From the IMG/VR virus record IMGVR_UViG_3300028797_000098, positions 102,321-166,320 of that record: 64,000 nucleotides of DNA; one strand, written 5' to 3'. Source of the stretch: a virus (lineage: Duplodnaviria > Heunggongvirae > Uroviricota > Caudoviricetes). The translations under genes and the position numbers were made by a program. The notes under the pieces were generated by a model that made no database searches, was not told the DNA's origin, and worked only from the letters and a program-made list of their open reading frames with translations. Positions within the stretch are counted from its first letter, which is position 1; the number at the start of each line of letters is the position of its first letter. Below, in pieces: positions 28,509 through 36,163 of the stretch.

Positions 28509-28730
28509 ATGGCGAAAAGTGAACATTTCACCAAGGAACAGCTCCTTGAACAGTGCAAGAATGCGAAGCCCATTCCGGGCCGCAACAGCATGGGATGTAG
28601 CGAATCCTGGTACGATCCGTTCTTCTGCTTGCAGCAAATCTTTACCGAGGACGAACTCGGCGCCATGACGGAACAGGAACTGAACAACCTGTACCGTCTG
28701 GCCGACGAATTGACCCGCACATTTTACTAG
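28509..28730 (+). CDS. hypothetical protein
   Basis: Packed run. Confidence 0.65.
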   Translation: MAKSEHFTKEQLLEQCKNAKPIPGRNSMGCSESWYDPFFCLQQIFTEDELGAMTEQELNNLYRLADELTRTFY

Positions 28731-28738
28731 GAGACAGA

Positions 28739-29206
28739 ATGATTATCGCAGCAGTTTGCCTTGGCAAGTTTGTGCCGTCCGGACAGCCAATAAATGCCCC
28801 GTTCGGCAAGGGCCATGACCATGGCGAAGCGTTTACCCAGCTTTTGCAGTTTTATGATGTCTGTCAAAGCCATGGTGACGGGTTTGCCGCTTCCGTGGAT
28901 GACAAAATTGTGTACCTTGACCGTGAAGACGCGATGAAACATGCGCTCGACTGTGGCCAGGTGAAGCCGGAATGCCGTAGACGCAAGCGACTCAATTCCG
29001 AAATGCTCACCGCATGGGAACGCGGGGAGGCATATGACCGGCTTACCGATATAGACTGGCGCATGAAGGATTTTTATTGGCTGGCCAAGGCGAAGTACGA
29101 TATTGAGACCCGGTACAGGCACATCCCGGCACTTTCCCAGTCCGAACGCGAAACAATCTTGAACAACGTGGCGGAAACTTGCGGATTCCCAGGCGTCTGC
29201 TACTAG
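28739..29206 (+). CDS. hypothetical protein
   Basis: AGGAG upstream. Confidence 0.7.
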   Translation: MIIAAVCLGKFVPSGQPINAPFGKGHDHGEAFTQLLQFYDVCQSHGDGFAASVDDKIVYLDREDAMKHALDCGQVKPECRRRKRLNSEMLTAWERGEAYDRLTDIDWRMKDFYWLAKAKYDIETRYRHIPALSQSERETILNNVAETCGFPGVCY

Positions 29207-29214
29207 GAGCAACA

Positions 29215-29751
29215 ATGAAAACCTGTGTATATCCCGGTTCATTCGATCCCTTTACCAACGGTCACCTCGATATCGCACTCCGTGCGGGCGACCTGTTTGA
29301 CAGGGTGGTCATCCTGATTTCCCAGAACCCGGGCAAGGGGGAACGCTTCCTTCCCGCTGAGGAAATGAAGAATGCCATCTATTCCGCACTTATAACAGCG
29401 GGCACCAAGGGCCGTTGTCCAAAGACGGAGTTCATGGTGGACATCTTGAAGCCGGAACATACCGTTCTCGACTACATGAGCAACCACCGCGAATATCTCG
29501 AAAACTGCATGAACATCATCCGCGGCATCCGTAATGCAACCGATGCTACCGATGAACTGAACCTGGCCGACCAGTACAAGTGGTTCAGCCACATGATCCG
29601 TTTCGAGTTCATCCCGCTGATTGCGAAACCGAAATACCGGAGCGTATCAAGTTCGTTGGTGCGGGAGATGGTCAAGTATCTCCCGCTGGATGAAATCCCG
29701 GTCCCGGAACCGGTGGCAAACTTAATCATTGATAGCAAGAGAGGTAAATAA
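29215..29751 (+). CDS. coaD: phosphopantetheine adenylyltransferase
   Basis: YPGSFDPFTNGHLDI, IIRGIR..TD, VSSSLVRE hallmarks. Confidence 0.85.
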   Translation: MKTCVYPGSFDPFTNGHLDIALRAGDLFDRVVILISQNPGKGERFLPAEEMKNAIYSALITAGTKGRCPKTEFMVDILKPEHTVLDYMSNHREYLENCMNIIRGIRNATDATDELNLADQYKWFSHMIRFEFIPLIAKPKYRSVSSSLVREMVKYLPLDEIPVPEPVANLIIDSKRGK

Positions 29752-30092
29752 TGCTGTTCGCTAGTGTTGAAAAGATTGAAGACGGTGACCAGAAGTGGCA
29801 TGGCATCGGTGGTCTCTATCTTCATGGAAAGGTAGAGGATTTCTTCGGCTATGACATCGTGGCCGTGGCCAAGGACGACCTTGAAGAATTGCAGACTGCC
29901 TCCAAAGAAGGCCGTGATGGCGTTGAATGTCAGGTGGACGGCTACCAGGGCAAGACCCTGCTTTTCGTCTGGAAGGCCAAACAGGGCATCTTCCCGGCAG
30001 AGTTCTACCGCGGTCTCATCGTGGATGCGTCAGACGAGGAAGCCGTCAAGCATGCCCGTACAAAGTTTAACGAGAAGGCGTTCGCCATATGA
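29751..30092 (+). CDS. hypothetical protein
   Basis: GAGG upstream; coupled. Confidence 0.65.
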   Translation: MLFASVEKIEDGDQKWHGIGGLYLHGKVEDFFGYDIVAVAKDDLEELQTASKEGRDGVECQVDGYQGKTLLFVWKAKQGIFPAEFYRGLIVDASDEEAVKHARTKFNEKAFAI

Positions 30093-30403
30093 GTGAAGAA
30101 CAAGTAGAACATTATGCCATCCTGTATGAGGACGAACGGAATACCCGATATACGGTGTTTGCTTCGACCGATTTGAATACCCTCGGTAACATCTTTGCCA
30201 AGATGTTGCAGTTTGAGAGCATATTCCATACATTTCCGAACATGTCCTGCCACCTGTGCTTAGAGAAGGATTACAATTACGACCCGGACCTTGGTGCCTT
30301 CCGCATGGATGCGATTCCGTTCATGGAATCCCATAAGTGGAGTGTGTTGATAGATGAAATTATACACGATTACAGCTATGTGCTTGACAGTCCGAGGAGA
30401 TAA
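30089..30403 (+). CDS. hypothetical protein
   Basis: ATGA overlap. Confidence 0.65.
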   Translation: MSEEQVEHYAILYEDERNTRYTVFASTDLNTLGNIFAKMLQFESIFHTFPNMSCHLCLEKDYNYDPDLGAFRMDAIPFMESHKWSVLIDEIIHDYSYVLDSPRR

Positions 30404-30405
30404 GA

Positions 30406-30606
30406 ATGGACAAGATTGATCCGAACATGAAACCTGAACTGGATGAATTTGGTCATCCGGTTCACTTTGTATCCAAGGTATTTCCCGGTCTTCACATCGG
30501 GGAATATACCGAAAACTGGGCCCGCTACTGGAAGACTTCCAGTGGTAATTGGGATGTTGAAATCTATAAGACCCGTTATGAGGACGGGCATATTCGTGAA
30601 TGGTGA
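30406..30606 (+). CDS. hypothetical protein
   Basis: GAGGAG upstream. Confidence 0.6.
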   Translation: MDKIDPNMKPELDEFGHPVHFVSKVFPGLHIGEYTENWARYWKTSSGNWDVEIYKTRYEDGHIREW

Positions 30607-30609
30607 GGA

Positions 30610-30849
30610 GTGCCTATGTCGTTTGAACTGTGTGTCCTGATCGCTCTGCTGATTGTATCCGCTGCTGTGGTATTAATTGTCCACCTGGTATTGAAACATT
30701 TATGTGCGCATGAGTGGGAAACCATTGAAGAATTGCCGGTGTATGGCGAAAGTGATATAAGACCCTGTGCGTTCCTGTATGTCTTGAAATGCAAGAAGTG
30801 TGGGGAAATACGCCAGAAGGTAGTAAAATACGAGGTATTAACTCTATGA
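30610..30849 (+). CDS. hypothetical membrane-anchored protein with C.H.W...CxxC
   Basis: N-terminal TM and Zn-ribbon-like C-terminus. Confidence 0.6.
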   Translation: MPMSFELCVLIALLIVSAAVVLIVHLVLKHLCAHEWETIEELPVYGESDIRPCAFLYVLKCKKCGEIRQKVVKYEVLTL

Positions 30850-31055
30850 TTTTTGCGGGCTATGGAAAGATGAATCCTCATCGAAAATGTAATCAGCCTG
30901 ATGTCGTTATACTGAAATCAGGCAACAAGCTGACCTTCAAGTGCGTCCACTGCGGGTGCGAGTTCATGGTGTCTCAGAAGTTCTGCGAAACTTCGATGAC
31001 CGGGGAATTCGTGTATAATTGTCCCGAATGCAAGCGGAAATGCTACACAGGGTGA
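30846..31055 (+). CDS. small Zn-ribbon protein
   Basis: FKCVHCGCEF...CPEC. Confidence 0.6.
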   Translation: MIFAGYGKMNPHRKCNQPDVVILKSGNKLTFKCVHCGCEFMVSQKFCETSMTGEFVYNCPECKRKCYTG

Positions 31056-31058
31056 TTT

Positions 31059-31315
31059 ATGACCATAAAGTTATTCGGCTATGAGTTACGGATATCGGTG
31101 TCTTTGGTTAATACATCGAAAAACTGTATTATATCCGGGCTGACTGGAATGATGGCGACGTTGGATATTATCGCATTGGGGAGAACTGTAAAGCCGACCT
31201 GTGGTATCGTCCATCCCAAAAACAGTTTGCTCTGATCTATCCGACGAAAGAAGCAAGACGGCAGCTGAGAATGCTGCGCAAGATGTTCAAACGATATAAA
31301 AATATAGTTCCCTGA
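31059..31315 (+). pseudogene. probable frameshifted hypothetical gene
   Basis: MTIKLFGYELRISVSLV continues as YIEKLYYIRADWNDG...YKNIVP* only after a -1 shift at GGTTAATAC (~31110). Confidence 0.45.
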
Positions 31316-31340
31316 CCCTTTCGTTGGAATAGGTACCGCA

Positions 31341-31808
31341 TTGTTTAGAATAAAAATCAACTCCCCATCAGATCCGAACTTCACCTTTGAGGCGGACACC
31401 CCCGATGAGTATAGGTGGATTGAACGGAATGGGTACCGGGTAATGGATACATATACCCAGACTGTAATTAGCGAGCAGTGCATGTATCTCGGTATCAGTC
31501 TTGATGTATCGAAGATGACATTCGCGAAGTATCTTGAATATGGACGGGAATTCCAGGGGTACCTGCAGTTCCTGGCTGATTTCGAGGGTACCCCGGTCGA
31601 TCCGGATGATCAAGGCACGAAAGAGTATGCATATATGCTATGGATGAATCTCACACGGGGTCTTGGGTTTACAAAGAGTAACATTGATGAGATCGCAAAC
31701 CTTGCAAACTCAATGTACAGGAATGAAGTCGAACAGCATTCAATACCTTCTTGGGCAATTCAGCTAAAGCGGAAAATTCAACCAAAATGTAACCTTAGAC
31801 TTGCCTAG
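31341..31808 (+). CDS. hypothetical protein
   Basis: Packed run; start uncertain. Confidence 0.65.
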   Translation: MFRIKINSPSDPNFTFEADTPDEYRWIERNGYRVMDTYTQTVISEQCMYLGISLDVSKMTFAKYLEYGREFQGYLQFLADFEGTPVDPDDQGTKEYAYMLWMNLTRGLGFTKSNIDEIANLANSMYRNEVEQHSIPSWAIQLKRKIQPKCNLRLA

Positions 31809-31837
31809 TTGCCATTCTTCGCAGTTGATGCTACATT
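31809..31837 (+). promoter_or_regulatory. sigma70-like promoter TTGCCA-N17-TACATT
   Basis: Exact consensus. Confidence 0.85.
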
Positions 31838-31861
31838 TGAGGTATCAAGAGAGGATACAAA

Positions 31862-32194
31862 ATGACACACTTAGCAGTTACAATCAGTTCCAAGACAGTT
31901 GCCCTTCGCAAACAGTTCAAACGTTATGAACGTGAAGCAAAGGATGCCGGACACCCGAGACGCCAAAAGCTGTATTGCTTCATTCAGCACAAGCTGAAGC
32001 AGTTTGGTAACTGGTTCTTCACCCTCTGGTCCGAGGAAATTCAGGCTGAAATGCTTAAGGACGCGAAACCGTTCCAAATGAATGCGGGTGAAACCACTAC
32101 TTTACGTTGGATTAACCAACCGGACTGGATGCAGACTGATCTCGGACTGAAACGTCATATTGAACCGATCAGTTTGAACGGAAAGAAGGACTAG
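31862..32194 (+). CDS. hypothetical protein
   Basis: GAGG upstream. Confidence 0.7.
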   Translation: MTHLAVTISSKTVALRKQFKRYEREAKDAGHPRRQKLYCFIQHKLKQFGNWFFTLWSEEIQAEMLKDAKPFQMNAGETTTLRWINQPDWMQTDLGLKRHIEPISLNGKKD

Positions 32195-32195
32195 C

Positions 32196-32573
32196 ATGGC
32201 TAAAAATACGACTAAGGTAGATTGCCCATACTGCCGTCGCAGATTGGTAAAGTCACTGAAAGAAAATGACAAACCGACAAAAATCACCAATGTATCTTAT
32301 TCCATGTTATGTTCTCCAAGAAAAGATGGCGATGGAAAGAAGCTTGCTGCGGGTCTTAAAGAACGCCTTACCATGACATTAGCGAAATTCGCTATAGACA
32401 TGAATGTGACATTGGATGAAATGATTAATATGACCTCATGTCGATACCGGTCGGATGGTGAGATAAAGGTGCGCATTAAGGTGTCCAATCCACTTGTTAA
32501 ATATCTGACCAGTTACCTTTATACCAAACAGGATGATCTGGAAATTGATATATTGGAAGCTGGAAAGGACTGA
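32196..32573 (+). CDS. hypothetical protein
   Basis: Packed run. Confidence 0.65.
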   Translation: MAKNTTKVDCPYCRRRLVKSLKENDKPTKITNVSYSMLCSPRKDGDGKKLAAGLKERLTMTLAKFAIDMNVTLDEMINMTSCRYRSDGEIKVRIKVSNPLVKYLTSYLYTKQDDLEIDILEAGKD

Positions 32574-32575
32574 TT

Positions 32576-32803
32576 ATGAATATGCCCGACGAAGAAAAGA
32601 AATTGGATGAGTTACTTAAGGCCGTCCCAAGACCCAAGATAACCATCGAGATAGAAACCGGCATTTTCTGGCCCTTTGTGTGGTTCTTTTCGAAGTTTGG
32701 ACTATGCAAGATGAAGGAAAAGTGCCAGGCAGAGAATCCGGGATACAATGTCCGGTATGATTTCGAGGCAGCTTACCCATATAAATCCGATAAAAATTTT
32801 TGA
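32576..32803 (+). CDS. hypothetical protein
   Basis: AAGGA upstream. Confidence 0.6.
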   Translation: MNMPDEEKKLDELLKAVPRPKITIEIETGIFWPFVWFFSKFGLCKMKEKCQAENPGYNVRYDFEAAYPYKSDKNF

Positions 32804-32839
32804 ATATCATATAAGCTGCAATAAATTTCACTTTTCTGG

Positions 32840-32868
32840 TTGCCAAAAGCAAAAACATTTGCTACATT
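32840..32868 (+). promoter_or_regulatory. sigma70-like promoter heading the RNA island
   Basis: TTGCCA-N17-TACATT followed by non-coding structured sequence. Confidence 0.85.
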
Positions 32869-32873
32869 TGGAA

Positions 32874-33284
32874 CAGCCGGGAAGAGCGGCGATTTGGCCG
32901 AGAGCCATATCAGAAGATTGACATGTCGGAAGCGTTTAAATAGTGCAGCGGTAGCACGGGTTCTTTATTCACCGTTTGTTTCCCGTGCTACCGAAAAGTT
33001 TAAAGGTGGCCGCCTGCAGCGGCATCGTAGTTCCTCGTCGTACCAAAAACATGGCATGGTCTCAATAGTAAAGAGTTTAAGGGTCACTTGTGGCCGTCGA
33101 ACTCTCCCCATGTACTGGGCGTGCAAACTGTGCGCCGACGTAACGACCTAAGCCCCTCGGCTGGGGGCGTTGTTCCTGGACTGACCGTAGTACGTTGGGA
33201 AGGGAGCGATCGTAGCAGTAGGAAGAGTCAGCCCCCCTCTGGGAGATCTTGCCGTCAAAGGCGCCGTGAGGCAAAGGGGCACAT
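32874..33284 (+). ncRNA. candidate ~410-nt structured ncRNA, family unknown
   Basis: Starts at the predicted TSS; contiguous hairpins including a 12-bp stem CGGTAGCACGGG/CCCGTGCTACCG (32949-32993). Confidence 0.55.
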
Positions 33285-33358
33285 CGGAGTTTAGCTCAGT
33301 CTGGTAGAGCATCTGCTTTGGGAGCAGAGGGTCGCTGGTTCGAATCCAGTTACTCCGA
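33285..33358 (+). tRNA. tRNA-Pro(UGG)
   Basis: Cloverleaf, TCTGC-TTTGGGA-GCAGA anticodon arm, GGTTCGAATCC; no encoded CCA. Confidence 0.95.
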
Positions 33359-33359
33359 C

Positions 33360-33676
33360 GAAATTAAACAAGAAGAGCGGTTTGAAATCGACCTTTGGTG
33401 CTCGCCCGGTATCGTGTGGCTGCAGCGCATGCCGGATAAAAAGGTTAAATGTGTCGAACAATTTGGAACAGTCTGGATGAACAATTAAGTGGTCCACATG
33501 CCTTTGTTTGAGGTCTTCAGTAATGAAGGCACTCCCGTTAGGGAGGGTGGCATGTGAGGGGTAGCGAATCGGGATTCCCCTTGTTCCGTTGAATGTCGCC
33601 AATTGGATGATTGCGTTGCTTGGATACTCATTCGATTGGTTTCTTGGGACGATAAGCAACTAGTCCCATGCTCTCT
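33360..33676 (+). ncRNA. candidate structured RNA segment
   Basis: CACATGCC/GGCATGTG multiloop (33495-33556) plus other hairpins; no credible ORF. Confidence 0.4.
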
Positions 33677-34036
33677 GGGGGTGCTTTGGTTTCGACTGGG
33701 CATCTGACCATGGAGGCCTCGCCCGAAGTTAGTCTGTGGCTTCGTAAAAACGGACTGAAAGAATAAATGCTAACAATGCATACGCCTGCCGCATGGCTGC
33801 CTAATCGGTAGTTATGCTGCTGCCTGGGACAAGCGAGAGGAATAAATCCCGGGACCAAGTGCATATCTCTCGAATCTAGGCCGGAGTTATGGATTTGCAT
33901 GGCCTACCTTACTTTAATCCAGAACCCTCACTGGTTAGATCACCTTGGGCAACAGGTCAGGGCCCGAAACGATTGATGGCGATATGGTTGAATTGGAAGG
34001 AAGTTTAGGACAGGGGTTCGAACCCCCTCACCTCCA
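33677..34036 (+). ncRNA. ssrA: tmRNA, tag ANNAYACRMAA* (33769-33804)
   Basis: GGGGGTG/CACCTCC acceptor with G3-U70, GGTTTCGAC, T-arm GGGGTTCGAACCCC, resume codon GCT after ATAAAT. Confidence 0.95.
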
Positions 34037-34043
34037 CGAATAG

Positions 34044-34133
34044 ATATGTGCTCGTAGGCCCAATAGGCTGACGGACACCCGGGAAGGTCCGTTGGAATTG
34101 ATCTGACTAGGGGCCGGGGAAACGGGCACATAT
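34044..34133 (+). ncRNA. candidate ~90-nt rod-shaped RNA
   Basis: 12-bp closing stem ATATGTGCTCGT/ACGGGCACATAT with nested GGCCC/GGGCC and ACGG..ACC/GGT.CCGT. Confidence 0.5.
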
Positions 34134-34145
34134 TGTTGAATTTAT

Positions 34146-35097
34146 GTCCTCCTGCCGGTAGGACCGCCCTTCAGCACGGGGTAGATTGCATATACGGTTA
34201 CGAGTGTTGCCGATGTTGCATGAAGGCAGTGGACCAAAGTATGACCTGAGGACCCATCTTGGTGGATGGGCGTGGCAAGATGCTTCGTAACAGATTCACA
34301 GGGTCAGAGGCTTCCCCTGACAAGGGGTTCTCGTCTAGCATCGGCTAAGGTAGACGAGCTCGTAAAATCGAGAGCACCCGGATTACTTAATTGTGGCTCA
34401 GGGTGTGCCGAGAGTTTCATTCTCCTGGTCCCTTCGTGGATACGGGTTGCACTGTGGACTGCGTACCAGTCACAGCAGCGTAAAGCGGTAGGCCGGCGCT
34501 ATAACCGGCAGTGTGTTTGAAAAACGCGGTCGTCTAAACGAGCAGGCGTTAATAGCGTCTGTGCTTAGGACCCCGGCGCCATCGTGGCCACGAATGTATC
34601 AAATAACGGATGTGGCAAACAGCGCGGGTGATATAGGTTCCGTCCCTATCCGCAACGCTTATGGAACGCCTTATTATTAAGTACGGTGTAAGGCCGGGCG
34701 GTCCTCCTCCCCGAGAAATCGCGGAGAATGGGACAGCCAAAGTAGGAAATTTTAAGATTCCGGGATGTTCTATAAAACGTCATCGGTGAAGATTGTTAGG
34801 GCACATCGTCTGGTTGAGGGTGAAAGCCTGTGGAGACCCACGCCTAACCGCACCGGTGACATCGAATTTAATATCCGCAGAACCAAACGCAGACTCCGGG
34901 TCTCGAGAAACTGGATATGTGTGGCCTACCGGCTAAGGTAGCGGAAAATAGTCGCTTGCTTACTATTGTACCTTGGACCCACCATGTACATGCGTACCGT
35001 GGCACAAGGCGCCTCTGGAAGCGAAAAATGCGAGAACGGCAAGCGGCAAGGGGTGGTTCTTCCCTGGTTTAGATCATGAACCACCCCGGCGCTTTTA
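34146..35097 (+). ncRNA. candidate ~950-nt large structured ncRNA (or array of RNAs), family unknown
   Basis: More than 20 near-contiguous hairpins and multiloops, no plausible ORF, ends in the 10-bp stem GGGGTGGTTC/GAACCACCCC followed by a short T run. Confidence 0.6.
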
Positions 35098-35098
35098 T

Positions 35099-35171
35099 TG
35101 ATACATAGCTCAGTTGGTAGAGCCCGCGACTGTTAATCGCGTTGTCCCTGGTTCGAGTCCAGGTGTATCAG
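35099..35171 (+). tRNA. tRNA-Asn(GUU)
   Basis: TGATACA/TGTATCA acceptor, CGCGA-CTGTTAA-TCGCG. Confidence 0.95.
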
Positions 35172-35181
35172 CTAAACCATC

Positions 35182-35335
35182 ACGTACCCGATGTCTGCCT
35201 ACTCGGAGTAGGAAGCATGTAGGGCCATTTGAATGCACCGGTATGCAGAGTAACGCCCTTGATGGTAAGGGTTCCGCTTCACCGGCTATATCCGCTCGAC
35301 TCGGATCATCTAGGTGACCGCAGATAAGGGTACGT
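35182..35335 (+). ncRNA. candidate ~155-nt closed RNA
   Basis: ACGTACCC/GGGTACGT plus TGTCTGC/GCAGATA closing stems enclosing hairpins. Confidence 0.5.
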
Positions 35336-35340
35336 CTTTT

Positions 35341-35413
35341 TCCGGAGTAGCTCAGTTGGTAGAGCAGTTGCCTTGTAAGCATCAGGTCGGGAGTTCGAGC
35401 CTCTCCTCCGGAG
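35341..35413 (+). tRNA. tRNA-Thr(UGU)
   Basis: TCCGGAG/CTCCGGA acceptor, loop CTTGTAA, GTTCGAG T-loop. Confidence 0.9.
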
Positions 35414-35443
35414 CTAGAATATAAACGCTGTTGAGTTTTTAGT

Positions 35444-35519
35444 TGCGGGTGAGTGGAACGTATATACCATTCGAGCCTCATAAGCTCCGAGATACTGGGT
35501 CAGACTCCCAGACCCGCTA
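35444..35519 (+). tRNA. atypical tRNA-Met(CAU), initiator-like
   Basis: GCGGGT/ACCCGC acceptor with 1:72 mismatch, loop CTCATAA, T-arm CTGGG-TCAGACT-CCCAG. Confidence 0.7.
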
Positions 35520-35572
35520 CTAAGAATTTGTACGTGTTAAAAGCAAAAACAATGTGTATATTCGGTCGATTT

Positions 35573-35779
35573 AAGTTCGATGTGTAACTTAATGACACCG
35601 TTCTAAACCGGGCACCATCGAAACTTTTTTGAGATAGAATAAGGTCTAAGCCGAAAGTCGCGGGTCTTTAGTTCCAAATGACTAGAACACCGACCGGGGC
35701 AACCCTCGTTGGAGGCTCTGGGTTAAAGTCCCAGTTGATCCGAATAGCGGCGCAAGCTGTCGAACGAGTAGGCTAGGTC
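35573..35779 (+). ncRNA. candidate multibranched RNA
   Basis: AGTTCGATG/CATCGAAACT hairpin and CTAAGCC/GGCTAGG multiloop with a GCAA-capped helix. Confidence 0.4.
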
Positions 35780-35855
35780 ACAGTGAGAAAGGACTGTCTT
35801 GAATTTGAAATTGTCGCAGTGCACGGCGACATACTGGACGCATGGAAGAAAAACA

Positions 35856-35937
35856 GGCTGCGTGGTGTAGTTGGAAGAACATACCCGCCTCGGGCAACTG
35901 ACGCGAGAGACGCTAGGTTCGAAACCTGCTGTAGCAC
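35856..35937 (+). ncRNA. tRNA-like RNA lacking an anticodon loop
   Basis: Acceptor GCTGCG/TGTAGC, D-arm GTGT-AGTTGGAAGA-ACAT, T-arm AGG-TTCGAAA-CCT, central arm CGC-C-TCGG-GCAA-CTGA-C-GCG. Confidence 0.55.
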
Positions 35938-36029
35938 ATTGGCCGGGTTACCGGTTGAAGGAGTATTCCGTGCGGGTGGCAACAAAGAGCCACACATGCA
36001 GCCCTCTGGCCAGGTAGGGAAATTTAAAC

Positions 36030-36103
36030 GGACCGGTAGCTCAGTTGGTCAGAGCGGCGGACTCATAACCCGTTGGTCCCTGGTTCAAGTCCAGGCCGGT
36101 CCA
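36030..36103 (+). tRNA. tRNA(CAU), probably Ile2 (lysidine type)
   Basis: GGACCGG/CCGGTCC-A acceptor resembles bacterial Ile2; loop CTCATAA. Confidence 0.85.
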
Positions 36104-36163
36104 CTTTTGCCCAACGGGCGCCCGCTGAACCATGGATAACATCTGGCGCATCCGGTAAGCAGA

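Noticed and set aside
34690-34740. HDV/theta-like ribozyme (ends GGAGAATGGGAC like HDV)
   Set aside because: Catalytic C is absent and P1/P3/L3 cannot be built; a simple stem explains it. No theta-like motif directly 3' of any tRNA
32874-35855. RNase P RNA, group I/II intron, or naming the RNAs GOLLD/ROOL
   Set aside because: No GAGGAAAGUCC/P4 signature, no domain V or P7 signatures; I could not match GOLLD/ROOL conserved sequences by eye, so they are left unnamed
32840-36139. ORFs called by the track inside the RNA island (e.g. 32840-33151, 33291-33659, 35110-35481, 35783-36139)
   Set aside because: They overlap tRNAs/tmRNA, lack SD sites and have atypical composition
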